NCBI GenBank assembly: GCA_965644295.1
Contig: CBFFRP010000089.1
Span: forward strand, 76,359 to 140,358
Reading direction: 5' to 3'
Length of the DNA stretch: 64,000 nucleotides
Source: Paraphysomonas bandaiensis
Lineage: Eukaryota; Protista; Chrysophyceae
In this document: in pieces, positions 24,121-35,287 of the stretch
Layout of the letters: each line of letters starts with the position of its first letter
Numbering within the stretch: the first letter of the stretch is position 1
Program-made: the position numbers and the translations under genes
Notes under the pieces: model-generated
Database searches by the model: none
The model's input: only the letters and a program-made list of their open reading frames with translations
What the model was told of the DNA's origin: nothing

Positions 24121-24733
24121 TTATTACTGAGTGCATGGTATCACCAGGTTAAAAAAAACACATTATATATATCATTATTCCGATACTGATTATAATGATG
24201 TCAGTGCAAGCGATCTATCTTCATAATCAGTACTTCAAACTCATGTACAAATTTCAACACCTCGGGTTGATATGCCCTCAGTATTCAGTATCCTTCAGTC
24301 TTCTGTGGTAGGAGTACATTTGTTGTAGATATTATAGAAATTGAGGGTTTATTGTTTTGAGTTGATCTACTAGTGCAAATTGCAAACGCTATGCATTGTT
24401 CCCTAAGCATACTGCATGGTGTACATAACACTGTATAAGACCCTAGGGATAAAGAGTATAGTCCCATGTCTTAATTTTAGAACTTTGGCTTTTCGCCCTC
24501 GTTTTAAATGAGCGCGGGGCGATATATCCTCCTTATTACCCGTGATTAAATATAACTATATCATGGATACAACTACGATATTTCTTATATTAGCAGTAGT
24601 CAGCAATTAAACATGGACACATAGTGATGCCAATTTTGCAAATAATTAATGACGGTATACTATAATTCAACCGTTATCATGTCAAGTATAAATATCAACG
24701 ATAACAATATGTATAACGCTGCAACGAGCTAGC

Positions 24734-26637
24734 CTATTCTGACAAATGAGAGCAGCCACAAGCAACACACGCCGAATTACAAGAATCGTTCAGCAATGTA
24801 CAAACACCGCAGCTCCACTGTTCTCCTACATTACTAGCGGGGCCTGTTTGTCGATCTCTTCTAACCCGTTCATTGGCGTCACAATCTACATTTGGGCTTC
24901 CTGTATTACCTGTGCCGTGAGAGGTATCAGTTTCCCTCCTCACCCCCTGTTGCCTCCCGGCAGTATTGTCTCCCAGCATCGAATAAAGAGCAGAGCGAAC
25001 TTCCGCCTGCCTAGATGCCGTCATGCCTAGTCCCTCCTCGAAGTCGATACTGTCCTGCGAACCTGACTGTTCATCACCGCTCCTGCTTAAGTACATATCA
25101 CCATCACCACCACTCTGCAGAGACGGTCAAAGATAGCTGTTCGCAATTCCAAATACGTACCATTATTGCCAACATTTCTTCGTAAGAAAGCTCATCAGTT
25201 GTCTGAAGAGAGCCCTGGCGACGAGCAGGAGTGCCACCAGCAGAAAATGAGGGAGTGGACCAGGGCACACGACCCCCACGGACAGCATCTGACCCCTCAA
25301 GCATCCAGTGCTCCGGAATCTGCATGTCAACAAGCCAGTGAGTGAATCACGTACCACTACGTAGCACAAGCAGCTGTGGCAGAATACACAGCCACCACAG
25401 TATAGATACGAATTGTACCTGCAGAGTACTAGCAAGAAATATCCCAGCAGAATCGAACATGAACTGTGGGCGCATGGTGTTGTGGTCTCCGTCCACTATT
25501 ATAATGTTTTTGTCACCCGCATAGCGGTCATAGATCTGCTGACTGAAGATGGAAAACACGAATCAAAGAATGATGCAATAAGCAGTTGTAAACAGGAATA
25601 CAGGAACTGACAAAGTGGGTACACATGTAGAGCATTGTAGTACATACAAAAACAACAACAGCGACAGTAGACTACATTTGACGCACCTGTGATGCGAAGG
25701 AACGAAGTCATCGCCTTGCGCAGCCACAAATAGTGCCGGGATATAGCACCTTAATCACCAACTTATAACACTATAACGCAAGGATGACAGTCAACTGCTC
25801 ACCTGTCAGCATGCTCTATCGGCGTTAAGTCGTTGATGTCGAAGTTCGCGGCCTTCTGCACTGATGATCGTATCCATCTGCACCACAAAATATAAGTTGG
25901 ATGCATTGTTGGTAGGTGTTATGTCAGCTAACGCACCGTATTGCCAGCCTAACTACAAACCCGGGTACATTAAGCCCATGTTCTTTTCCTTTCTCAACCA
26001 TCTCTTCAGCTAGCATATGCAGACTCGCAAAAGCGGAGTCCAAAACCATACCTGCTATAGATGGGTCCCTCTCACCATGCAGTAGAGCTGTTGCGGCACC
26101 CATAGACCGGCCCCACAAGGCAATGGTAGATGTTTTGCCATTGTTTCGTAAGTTCTCTATGACACAGTCGAGGTCGTCCTTTTCATAGTATCCTAGGGAA
26201 ACATACTCTCCTTCGGACATTCCAGAGCCTGCAAAGTCGAAAGCTAGCAGTGTAGAGCCAAGGGAAAGCACAAGAGCCAACTGTGGCAAAGCTTCCACTC
26301 GCGCAGAGCTATTGCCATGCATATATATGACGCAGGGCATGACTTCATTAGGCTTTTCAAGCGGCTCCCACATTGAACACTTTATCGTCAAACCTCTTTT
26401 ATTCCGGAGATCATAGTCAAGCCGCTGAAAAGTTTTGCCACAGAAATCAAACATCTTCGGTCCTAAATGCCCTTCCTGATATTGACACCGAGGAGGACGG
26501 ACAATAGCATTCACAAGTTCTTGATATCCGTGCTTTATCATTTGCCAATAGGACATCTGTTGCTCCTCTGATGCATCTGGAGGTGGTGGCGGAGGAGGAT
26601 GATTGGCACTATTTTCACTTGATGCACGATTTCCCAT
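24734..26637 (-). CDS. alpha/beta hydrolase with N-myristoylation motif and C-terminal RanBP2-type zinc finger
   Basis: MGNRAS start; IVRPPR, YMHGNSSAR, DFAGSGMSEGEYVSLG, nucleophile GRSMG and GDHN. Last exon WSCGVCTLLNDSCNSACVAC is joined by a 46-nt intron (25160-25115). Confidence 0.9.
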
Positions 26638-27281
26638 AATAATAGTGAGCTAATTCAAACAAATATCTGATATATAGAACACGATCTGACCACTACTATA
26701 ACAACAAGTCGATTGAGCAGAGGTTAGTTACCCTGTGCATTCATGTCGACCGTATGCTGCTTCAAATGGACTTCTTATACTATAAACTGCATAAAGAGGT
26801 TCTTGACTCTTCGATCCAGAGGTGGGTGGTATAACGTAAGTACTTCTCAATGGAATCAGTCCTATTGTGACACTGACATCAATTTATTATACCTCCTCAC
26901 AGTGTATACTGCACACACATACAGACATGTACATATATATATACGCAGCAGGTGGAGAATATCAGCAACACTTTTTTTTCTGGTTTTGGACATTTCCGTA
27001 TGAAGATGCAGAGAAATACGTATATGGTATACGCTGCTGTAGGGTGTACTGCTGCACCTGTATATTCGTACTTCCAGAATAGAAAAAAGGAGTGAAGGGC
27101 TCATATTCACATGGCTTCCACCATATAACAACAACATTCTACTATAGCGTCCGCTAGAGCAGATGATCTCGTTGCTTTCATCGTGAAGGTGAGTTATTTT
27201 TCTCTGTTTAGTAATTGAGGCGGAACTTGGATAGTGAATATATTCCAGTATCCTGGAAGGTAGCTCTGTTTAGTCCTTGTA

Positions 27282-29594
27282 ATGCAGGCCATCATGACGT
27301 CCCCACTGGCTCTTCGGCTTACTGAAGCCGGAGGAGTGGCCTGTATATTCAGTTTCCTTCAAAAAAATAACATATCAAAGTTATGCTCATTTGAAAACGA
27401 TCGCCTGAATGAGCTAGAGGCCTTTAAGAGGAATCTCGCATTTGAAGGCAATGAAATACTCGAGCATCTATCGCACAATTTGTATCTGGAGCTTCGATCT
27501 ATCCGCAACAAACATATCGGTGAATCATCTTTACATAATGCTGACGCTATATACTCCTGGGTGGCCACGACGGCTGGTGGAAGCATACCCTATCTCTGCG
27601 ATAATCCTCCAAAGCAAGATGAAAGGATCAACTCTAAGATACGCTACTTGTCTCCCACTCAGCGTTCTGTAGTTAGATTATCGAATCATACCTTAATCCC
27701 TCAGGCACCGGTGGTAGCAATCACAAATGCAATCCGTGAATTTGAGGCAATTGAAAATGAGATTGTTTCGACTTTCACTGCGAAGCAAATCCAAACTAGT
27801 CGCCTCATTAGTTCAATTAAATCACGACTGTATGCCGAATCTACTATCAGCAAGGTAGAGGTCCTGTTTACACCTTTAATGCAAATAGCGGGGTGCTCCT
27901 TTTTCCTCCACTGTATGAGGCAGTCTGTGGCACACATGATATCCTCTGACAGCATGCAGCATGCTCCACTGCCAGCACGTTGGAAAGCGGCGCTTTATAT
28001 GATTCCCCTATCTTATGCAGCGCTTGTACTAAGCCCGTTGGATAATGCGGTCTCAGATGACATAAATAGTACTCCATCCCAAGGGAATTCACCTTCTCGT
28101 GTTTCCCCTCCGCCCCTTTACTCGCCACTGCCCTTCAGACGCCTCCCTCCTGACCCTTTCAGTGGAGTGGTTCTCCCTATTCATCGTCCCCTCACTACCC
28201 CTGAAGATCCGCTTACAATACCTGCGGTGTTCACACACTGTATTCTCCGACCTTTCACTGAAGGTGGTATATTTCGGCACCTGCTGCTGCAATCTCTACT
28301 CTCTGCCCCTGCCCTCCTCTCTCCGCTGAAGGCCCATACCCTTACTTGTATCGCCGCGACCTTGTCGCAATTAGCTTCCGATATATCGTCCAACTCCTTC
28401 TCGTATTACGCCCTTCTTCCACGCCGGGATGAAGACGGAGGATATGAGAATTACGATCGCAATGCCCCTCCTATCGCTTCTAGTACCTTCATCAGTTTAC
28501 CGTACCGTCCGCTCCTTTTGCAAGCTGTATGTTTCTTGACAGGAAGATTTTACTTATCTGTACTCATGGACGCGTCCCTTAGCCTTGCCCATATGATGCG
28601 TGATACAGCTTTGCGGACAGAAACTATAGAGATTGGGAACTTGCAGCTGTATCGCCCCTCTTGTGAGGTCGCCGCCCTCGTGGACCACTTGATTACTTCT
28701 CTGGGAATAACAGTGTCTCGACTGATTGATGTGGTTGGCGGCCGTAGTGCGGATGATCTCGCGTATGATCAGCTGGTGGAAAGCTTAATAATGACTCAGC
28801 ATCGTACTGCTCATGGTGGCGTAGATCCGAAGGAGGGGATTTATCTGAGCACCGATGAAATGCAGCAACTGCTGGATGCAGTAGCACTGCATTCCAGCAA
28901 GATACATCAGCCACACAAAGATGTCATGCCACCGAAATGTGCTGAGGGAACTGGCAATACCAATAGTGAGTCTCTATACAGGCTAGATTTGTTTTTTGAC
29001 GATGACATAACGACTGCACTAAAGGTGAACGAAGACATCGACCGAATTGCCTTAGATCGATATAGAGGTGGTAGAATTGATCTCAAAACTGCGAAGTGGT
29101 GTCTGCAGGCTATCTTGCATGATCCACACGGGCATATACTGCAAAATTCTTCTTTGCAGCGGGAGCTTCGGCACCGGGTATTTTATTGGGACAAGCACGC
29201 ATCGGAGGAAGATATCCTCGATCTGCTGCAGGAGTATAATGCTCATATGTTGGAAAAGATCTATAGGAGCACTGATGATTTTGTCTTCACTTCTGGACTG
29301 CTGCGAATGATGGAGCTTCAAGGAAAGGGTGATGTATCGCACGAGGACTTAGAAGATTACTATGACAAGTTAGAAGAACATGTCAAAATGTCCAGGGATC
29401 GTGAGGAGGTTTTCTTTCTCTCCTTATTTGGACTTACTCACCACAAGTTAGACACTATATTATACAAATGGGAGCTGCAGAGCTCCGAAATTAAAGATTT
29501 AATGAGTAGTTGGGACGACTTCTTTCGGAGTAGTGATTTTAAAGGAAAGTTAAGAGAAAAAGCAAACCCTATTCCTGTATTTCGCCGTTCGTAA
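27282..29594 (+). CDS. 770-aa hypothetical protein with a possible degenerate CPBP/Abi membrane domain
   Basis: Long intact ORF. PFTEGGIFRH resembles the CPBP EExxxR motif and AHMMRD the HxxxB motif; the domain call is weak. Confidence 0.6.
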   Translation: MQAIMTSPLALRLTEAGGVACIFSFLQKNNISKLCSFENDRLNELEAFKRNLAFEGNEILEHLSHNLYLELRSIRNKHIGESSLHNADAIYSWVATTAGGSIPYLCDNPPKQDERINSKIRYLSPTQRSVVRLSNHTLIPQAPVVAITNAIREFEAIENEIVSTFTAKQIQTSRLISSIKSRLYAESTISKVEVLFTPLMQIAGCSFFLHCMRQSVAHMISSDSMQHAPLPARWKAALYMIPLSYAALVLSPLDNAVSDDINSTPSQGNSPSRVSPPPLYSPLPFRRLPPDPFSGVVLPIHRPLTTPEDPLTIPAVFTHCILRPFTEGGIFRHLLLQSLLSAPALLSPLKAHTLTCIAATLSQLASDISSNSFSYYALLPRRDEDGGYENYDRNAPPIASSTFISLPYRPLLLQAVCFLTGRFYLSVLMDASLSLAHMMRDTALRTETIEIGNLQLYRPSCEVAALVDHLITSLGITVSRLIDVVGGRSADDLAYDQLVESLIMTQHRTAHGGVDPKEGIYLSTDEMQQLLDAVALHSSKIHQPHKDVMPPKCAEGTGNTNSESLYRLDLFFDDDITTALKVNEDIDRIALDRYRGGRIDLKTAKWCLQAILHDPHGHILQNSSLQRELRHRVFYWDKHASEEDILDLLQEYNAHMLEKIYRSTDDFVFTSGLLRMMELQGKGDVSHEDLEDYYDKLEEHVKMSRDREEVFFLSLFGLTHHKLDTILYKWELQSSEIKDLMSSWDDFFRSSDFKGKLREKANPIPVFRRS

Positions 29595-30168
29595 TAATCA
29601 AACTTTGATATTTTTCTAGAAGGAATTTCAATCACTGCTTGCTGTATCGTTATGTCGATGCTGGACGAGATACAATTGCAGTAGTATGTTGTTGCCCAAC
29701 TACTGGGTAGCCGTTTAATTTATAATGTGGCTTCGATAGATGAAATAGTTTTCACTGGCTGACAGCAATATTCTCTTTTTCTCAGTAAGTGTGGAGTTGA
29801 TTGCTGGGAATAATCTAGCTTACAATACAGTTGTAAATTGCATGTATTGCTCCCTTGACCTGGGATTGAAAGTTTGACGGAGTCTCAGTAGATTGGAAAC
29901 AGTACAGTAGTAATATTAGTAAGGAAATTGTATGTAGAAATCGGTAATAAATTGTATGTAATGGGGTATTGAAGGCAGTTGTAAGTAAAACTTTTATTAC
30001 TGTGACAACGTATTGTTTCACACACTTTCAGTTTAGTAGGAACTACACATATTCAGTTCTTAAGTACATTACAGTTTATTACTATTTAAGACATGAATAC
30101 AACTACTTGTTCTGTTATACACAATTCCCACAGCACTCTTATGACTATAATTGTAACCACTGCACTCA

Positions 30169-30363
30169 CTATTTCGGACCAGATGTAAAACCAATCCTAA
30201 CATTACGAGCGGCGCGTTCACTTTGAGCATCTTCATTAGCGCGACTCGGGGTGCCCTGATGTCGACGCTTTGATGACACTTTATGCCACGTGCTCTTCAT
30301 TTCTTCATACTCTCTCATATCTTCTGATTTAAGCTCTATTCTTGTGGGTTGTGTGCGCAGCAT
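30169..30363 (-). CDS. CDC26: APC/C subunit CDC26 (APC12)
   Basis: N-terminus MLRTQPTRIELKSEDMREYEE matches the CDC26 MLRRxPTxIEL signature; 64 aa. Confidence 0.88.
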   Translation of the reverse strand: MLRTQPTRIELKSEDMREYEEMKSTWHKVSSKRRHQGTPSRANEDAQSERAARNVRIGFTSGPK

Positions 30364-30660
30364 TGTCGGAACTTGATAACACACTTGCGAGAAATAATGA
30401 TAGAAGAGGGATGCATATGTGTATAGTATACATACACACACCTGTAGCTACACTATGTACAGTATGGTATACCGTGGTAGCCGAAGCCGGGATACACCAA
30501 CCTACCTACCGAACTACCTACCTATTACCTACATATTATACATGCATACGTACCTACCTACCTACATATACATGCATATATGCATAGCAGTCTCCTCTGC
30601 AAGGCACGACACCAACAAGAAGTTGCACTATATTTCGTGTTTCATCCTCTAAATATCGCG

Positions 30661-31659
30661 ATGACCGAGCTCCTTACCCAAGATATTCTCCAACTGCAGA
30701 ATGCAGACACATCCACTGCAATTATTTCTCTGCTGAACGACAATGACACATTTTTAAAGCTCAGTAAATTCGAGGGCGATTTGATATATAGCAGAGACAT
30801 GGAGGATGATACGAAGCTTGCGATTGGTATCAAAATTGGTGTGGATCGCGGAACACTGTCAGCTGATCACAATGCGGAGCCCTATCATACGATTGACGTT
30901 CTCGGTAAAACCCCTCAAGATGTTGTCGATATTATCCTCTCACATGTTGGCGAAAATGCCCAGTCTGGGGCTTTGATTGTGCTGTGTGGACTCTCTGGTA
31001 CTGGTAAAGGAACCACTGCTGCCCTACTATCTCAAGTTCTTCCCAACTGTGTGACATGGTCGAATGGGAATATATTCCGGAGCATTACCCTTTTGGCCGT
31101 GACGTGGTGCGAGCAGAACGGTATGAGCGAATTCAATGCAGAGAGAGCTCTAACGGATGAAAATATTTGTCATTTTATGAGTATGATGACTTTCGAAAAA
31201 GTGGATTCGAAGTGGGATGTAGTAATAAGAGGATTGGGTATCGATACCACTGTTTCTGCTATCCAGAACACGGATTTGAAATCACCTAAAGTTTCCAAGA
31301 ACATTCCCACTGTCGCTCAGCAGACTCAGGGAGAAGTTATTCTTTTTGCCCGATCGTGTCTTGAGAAAATGCGCGCTGATGGACACAACATACTCCTCGA
31401 GGGGCGCGAGCAAACTGTGAACTATGTGCCCACCCCTTTCCGCTACACCCTAACGATATCTGACCCATCCCTGGTAGGAAAGCGTAGGGCCGCGCAGAGA
31501 CTTGCTGCAGCCACACTGTCGGAGGTTAAGAAGAAACTTGCAGTAGGAACCCCGCCTGAGGGAGATGTATCGGCTGATCTTAAGACGAATAATGACGAAC
31601 TTGTGACATCCACTCTACTCCAGCAGCTTCAAGTTCTCACCCAGGAAGCTGGTCTATAA
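30661..31659 (+). CDS. cytidylate kinase (Cmk)-like P-loop kinase with N-terminal extension
   Basis: P-loop GLSGTGKGT, SNGNIFRSI, LKSPKVSKNIPTVA and ILLEGR, in the order of bacterial Cmk motifs. Confidence 0.8.
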   Translation: MTELLTQDILQLQNADTSTAIISLLNDNDTFLKLSKFEGDLIYSRDMEDDTKLAIGIKIGVDRGTLSADHNAEPYHTIDVLGKTPQDVVDIILSHVGENAQSGALIVLCGLSGTGKGTTAALLSQVLPNCVTWSNGNIFRSITLLAVTWCEQNGMSEFNAERALTDENICHFMSMMTFEKVDSKWDVVIRGLGIDTTVSAIQNTDLKSPKVSKNIPTVAQQTQGEVILFARSCLEKMRADGHNILLEGREQTVNYVPTPFRYTLTISDPSLVGKRRAAQRLAAATLSEVKKKLAVGTPPEGDVSADLKTNNDELVTSTLLQQLQVLTQEAGL

Positions 31660-31814
31660 TGAGTATCATAGCTACCTCACAAATGTTCTTCTGGTACTAC
31701 TAGTGTTAGCCCATATGTTCACAACCAGACCTTGTTTCGTTCCATAGATATAGGGATTTAATAACTGATTGGGTTCATGTGGATAAATATTTTTTTCGTT
31801 GCATACATTATTTG

Positions 31815-31998
31815 CTGTCGCAATTAATTGACAATTTTGTAATACTAAACTACTACGTACTTAAGTAGCTATACATTTGCTGCCAATATAGCTTGCTCAA
31901 CTTTCATTTCATTCCAGTGACGACGATTCATGCGTGAACACAAGGAGTCATACTTCTGCGAAATCAGTCATAACAATCTAGAATCTAGCTCTACTGAA
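31815..31998 (+). repeat. internal fragment of the 9352-10068 hAT family
   Basis: Shares CAATTAATTG, TCATTTCATT and AATCAGTCATAACAATCT..TAGCTCTACTGAA with 9365-9540. Confidence 0.7.
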
Positions 31999-32017
31999 TA
32001 ATATTTCAACCTTATTG

Positions 32018-32471
32018 TCCCTCAACAAAGTCGGACTCGCACCATTTCGTGGTGTTCTGGGTGATAAGTACCGGAGAGATTCTCCCTGGGAAACTAACGT
32101 GAGCCGGAAACATAGTCAGCAGATATTCTTCTGCCCACTCATTGCCGAATGCCTGTGTAGACGTCTTTGGGCCCTGACGAATAAACAGAGATCCGGGACA
32201 GCGCCCACCTGAAGGGTAACCGGGGAATTGGGCTGCCTGCTGAAGTCAAGCATCCGGGATGTTCACCTTCAGAACTCAGAGCGGAAGTGGTTGCACCTTG
32301 GTGCTTGCGGCGACGCACAAACAGCTTCCGTAGCGTTAAATAGTAGGATAAAAAGTGTGTACTGATTAGTTACAGGTAGAGGTCTAACTAGTTTGTCTAG
32401 CATTCATCTAGCTACTAAGTTGGTGCAGGTTTTTAACGCCTATTGCTAATAATAAGACTTTCTATATATAT
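32018..32471 (+). mobile_element. full-length ~454-bp non-coding retroposon (copy A)
   Basis: 10-bp TSD AACCTTATTG (32008-17, 32472-81); colinear with 57767-58217; ends TAATAATAAGACTTTC plus a TA tail. Confidence 0.9.
32031..32107 (+). ncRNA. HDV-like (R2-type) ribozyme fold at the 5' end of the retroposon
   Basis: P2 CGG(A)CUCGC/GUGAGCCG, P3 ACC/GGU, L3 AUUUCGU, P1' GUUCU, J1/4 GG, P4 hairpin 32071-89, J4/2 CUAAC with candidate catalytic C at 32094. Activity is unproven. Confidence 0.7.
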
Positions 32472-33566
32472 AACCTTATTGGATGTGGCATTCAATTTCA
32501 AGCTGATAAGTCCAGTACAGTACGTGTTAAGACGTGCTCCTCAGTTATCACCAATCAAGCAATGCGATCTGTTGATTTCCAGAACTAGATCCTCGCTGTC
32601 ATAATCATATTCGTTAAAATGTATTAATTTGATCCTTTTCCATCCGAGAAAGTGAGACTTCGTTGCCACCTTGTATCTTCACGACTGTTTTTTAGAAAGC
32701 AGAGTTATGAATAATAGTAGCGTTGTCGCCCAGACGTTCGACAACCAAGTGCATTGTGATGAGTACGCCGAACAATGTACGAAAGTCGTGGAGATCGAGG
32801 TAATGCTCACCGACACACATTAAAAGAAATTCAAGTCATATTATAATTTCACCAACATGTCATGCTTCATATTACTTGGAAGTAGACAAATCATGTCAGA
32901 GCCAAACCCAATTGATTACAAAAAGCAAATAATAGCCAATCATTGAAAGTGTAGAGCTCTGCCTGAAATTTTCATGAATGATTTCGGACAGCAGTACAGA
33001 GCTGAAATTCTGGCACATGTAGTCAATGACACTTTTTTCCAGTGGCATAGCGAATTGTATGTTCAGAATGAGCGCATTTAAGATTTAAACACAATGTAAG
33101 AGTCATATAGTAAGTTTGAACCAATAACTAGCTGTATATCGTTTGTACCGCTTATGATAATGAGTAATAATTATTATACGCACCCTAAATACTAAATATA
33201 TCTTGCCATAGTCAAATTGATGGCTTTGGTGTTGCGACACACATATAGCTATGGTATAAATAAAAGTGTAAATTCCGTAATCTACCATGGTTAATTTCTT
33301 AGCAAGATATTGTATGTCATACAATTTTAAGACCAATTCATGTGTCGAAGTCAATCACCTGCGTACAATAGCGACCATCACATGTACACGCAGTCAAAAT
33401 AAAATATAATTACAACGGCTATAGTATAAACTATCACTGCTCTCGGGAAAGCAGTGTGAATGCGCGCTACCCACACTTGAGAGTGTGATTGTTTGATCGT
33501 TCGGAAATTGCTACTTCATTTCTGTATACTTTCGTCATCACTATTTACTAAGGCACAGTAAAAGTA

Positions 33567-34163
33567 TTATGAATTCATCATTGAGTGATACCGTTGCGAA
33601 GTAACCTTTAGTCAAATATAAGGGGTAAAAGTAGAACTACGTAAATGTTACCTTGCCAACTTCATAGGTGTCCCCAGCACGAAAAAGGGAAGATGCGTAC
33701 GATTTCGAATACTGCGGCATCTCTTTGCTGCAAACCTGTGCACCGTAAGATAAACATCTACTTTACAATTAGACACATACTCTAGTAAAATCCTCCTCAG
33801 TGATGTAACCTCGATTTCTTCTGTCAAATAGACGATACGCTTGAATTGAACTATAGCCTTCGCGCTCTGGGCGTAATTTCAATATAATGTCACGGAAAAG
33901 CTCTCTTGTTATCGAAACTCGCGACTGTGCGTCTCTATCGGGGCACACCTCATCCAAGAGTAGTAATATTTTATCCTGTGATTATGTATCACAGTAAGAT
34001 TATATGAAACAATACGCGATAAGGTTCCCACCTTAGTCATATCTATCCCGTGCATTGCGATGATACCACATCGCAGCTGAAACATATCCATTTCACGACT
34101 GCCCTCCTCATTGAGGGTACTGCACTTTTTAAATATATGGTCTATGTTCCATTCGATATCCAT
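33567..34163 (-). CDS. small EF-hand protein (EFCAB11-like), 4 exons
   Basis: AYRLFDRRNRGYITEEDF EF-hand and LFRAGDTYEVGK|VT; short introns join the exons. Confidence 0.75.
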
Positions 34164-34546
34164 ATGTATAGGTCCACTGCAACTCACACAATGAGTAATC
34201 ACACGATCCATGAACAGTCAACCCGATTCAATGTACTGCAGTGCAGTGTACCAGTCTTCTAAATGGACGAGCGAGATAGATTTCGAGGAAACCCCAGATA
34301 GTGATAAAAACCCGAGTTTTATGAAGAAAAGGGGCAGAATTCCAGTATTTTATATAAATCTTTGTCCAGATTTTCTTGATACTGCCGTACAAATGTCAGC
34401 ACTCCCACTGTGAACATTGCATTACACACACATATATATATATACCAAGTGCTACTAGCAATATCCAGATATCTTGTCTATTGTTACCACAGCACTCGAA
34501 CAACACACATTCCTTAGTCTCTACACCCCCAGCACTGCTCTGCACC

Positions 34547-35287
34547 ATGAAGGCGTATCCCTATTCAAGTAGCTCTAGTTCCCTGTATGTAGTGGGCGCA
34601 GTTGTGTTCACTGTGGTCGTTATAGTGCTGTTTTCCTCTCTCGGAAAATCAAACGGCTCTCTGGCCGTTACAAAGGAGTCGGAATTACCCGGAGTAGTAG
34701 AAACATTCCAGTCGCACTTAGGCCCGGTGTCAGTGAGGATATTAGGAGACCGGAATAATGTACCAGTATTGTGTCTGCCGGGCATCAATCCCGCTCTTGT
34801 TAATGAGTGGGTGCCTGTGGCGCAGCTAGTAAGTCAGAAAGGTTATGCGGTATACATCGTAAATTTCCACAGTAATCCGAAATCAACACCGAGTATGATG
34901 TATGGTGGTGTGACTACTTCTGATGTGTCCATCATTATTAGCGACATCATTTCAAAATACTTAAAGGCAAATGATGTGCTACTAATGGGAAAGTCTTGGG
35001 GGGGAGGCCAGGCTCTCCAATTCGCCGCATCGCATCCAGGAATGGTAAAGAAGTTGTGCCTCATTGCACCAGCATCGTCGGATAGTAGCCACATCAAGTC
35101 CCTCCGCAAACACAATATCCCTGTATTGCTCGCTTGGGCCAAGGATGACTTCATGATATCTTTCTCAAACACTAAGTCCTGGCAGAAGATTCTCGGTGAT
35201 AATCTCAAGTTTGTTTCAGCGACGACAGGAGGTCATAAAATACTGCTCGAATATGGTGAGGAAATAATCAGGTTCATCGAGGAATAA
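34547..35287 (+). CDS. ABHD14-like alpha/beta hydrolase with N-terminal membrane anchor
   Basis: TM segment, GKSWGG nucleophile elbow, LLAWAKDD and GGH. Confidence 0.85.
   Translation: MKAYPYSSSSSSLYVVGAVVFTVVVIVLFSSLGKSNGSLAVTKESELPGVVETFQSHLGPVSVRILGDRNNVPVLCLPGINPALVNEWVPVAQLVSQKGYAVYIVNFHSNPKSTPSMMYGGVTTSDVSIIISDIISKYLKANDVLLMGKSWGGGQALQFAASHPGMVKKLCLIAPASSDSSHIKSLRKHNIPVLLAWAKDDFMISFSNTKSWQKILGDNLKFVSATTGGHKILLEYGEEIIRFIEE

Noticed and set aside
1545-30375. TTCCG motif just upstream of the ATG in ARPC3, Sec1, PFDN2 and CDC26
   Set aside because: A 5-mer in 4 of about 23 genes is too weak without genome-wide statistics.
32333-32446. Apparent pseudoknot GCGTTAAA/TTTAACGC plus TAGTAGG/CCTATTG in the retroposon 3' end
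   Set aside because: The two helices have zero-length or overlapping linkers and cannot form together; at most they are alternatives.
32756-32812. GTGATGA-GTAC..GTAC-GAAA hammerhead-like motif
   Set aside because: C3 is G, there is no UH cleavage triplet and no stem I. The region looks more like a decayed coding remnant that I cannot identify.
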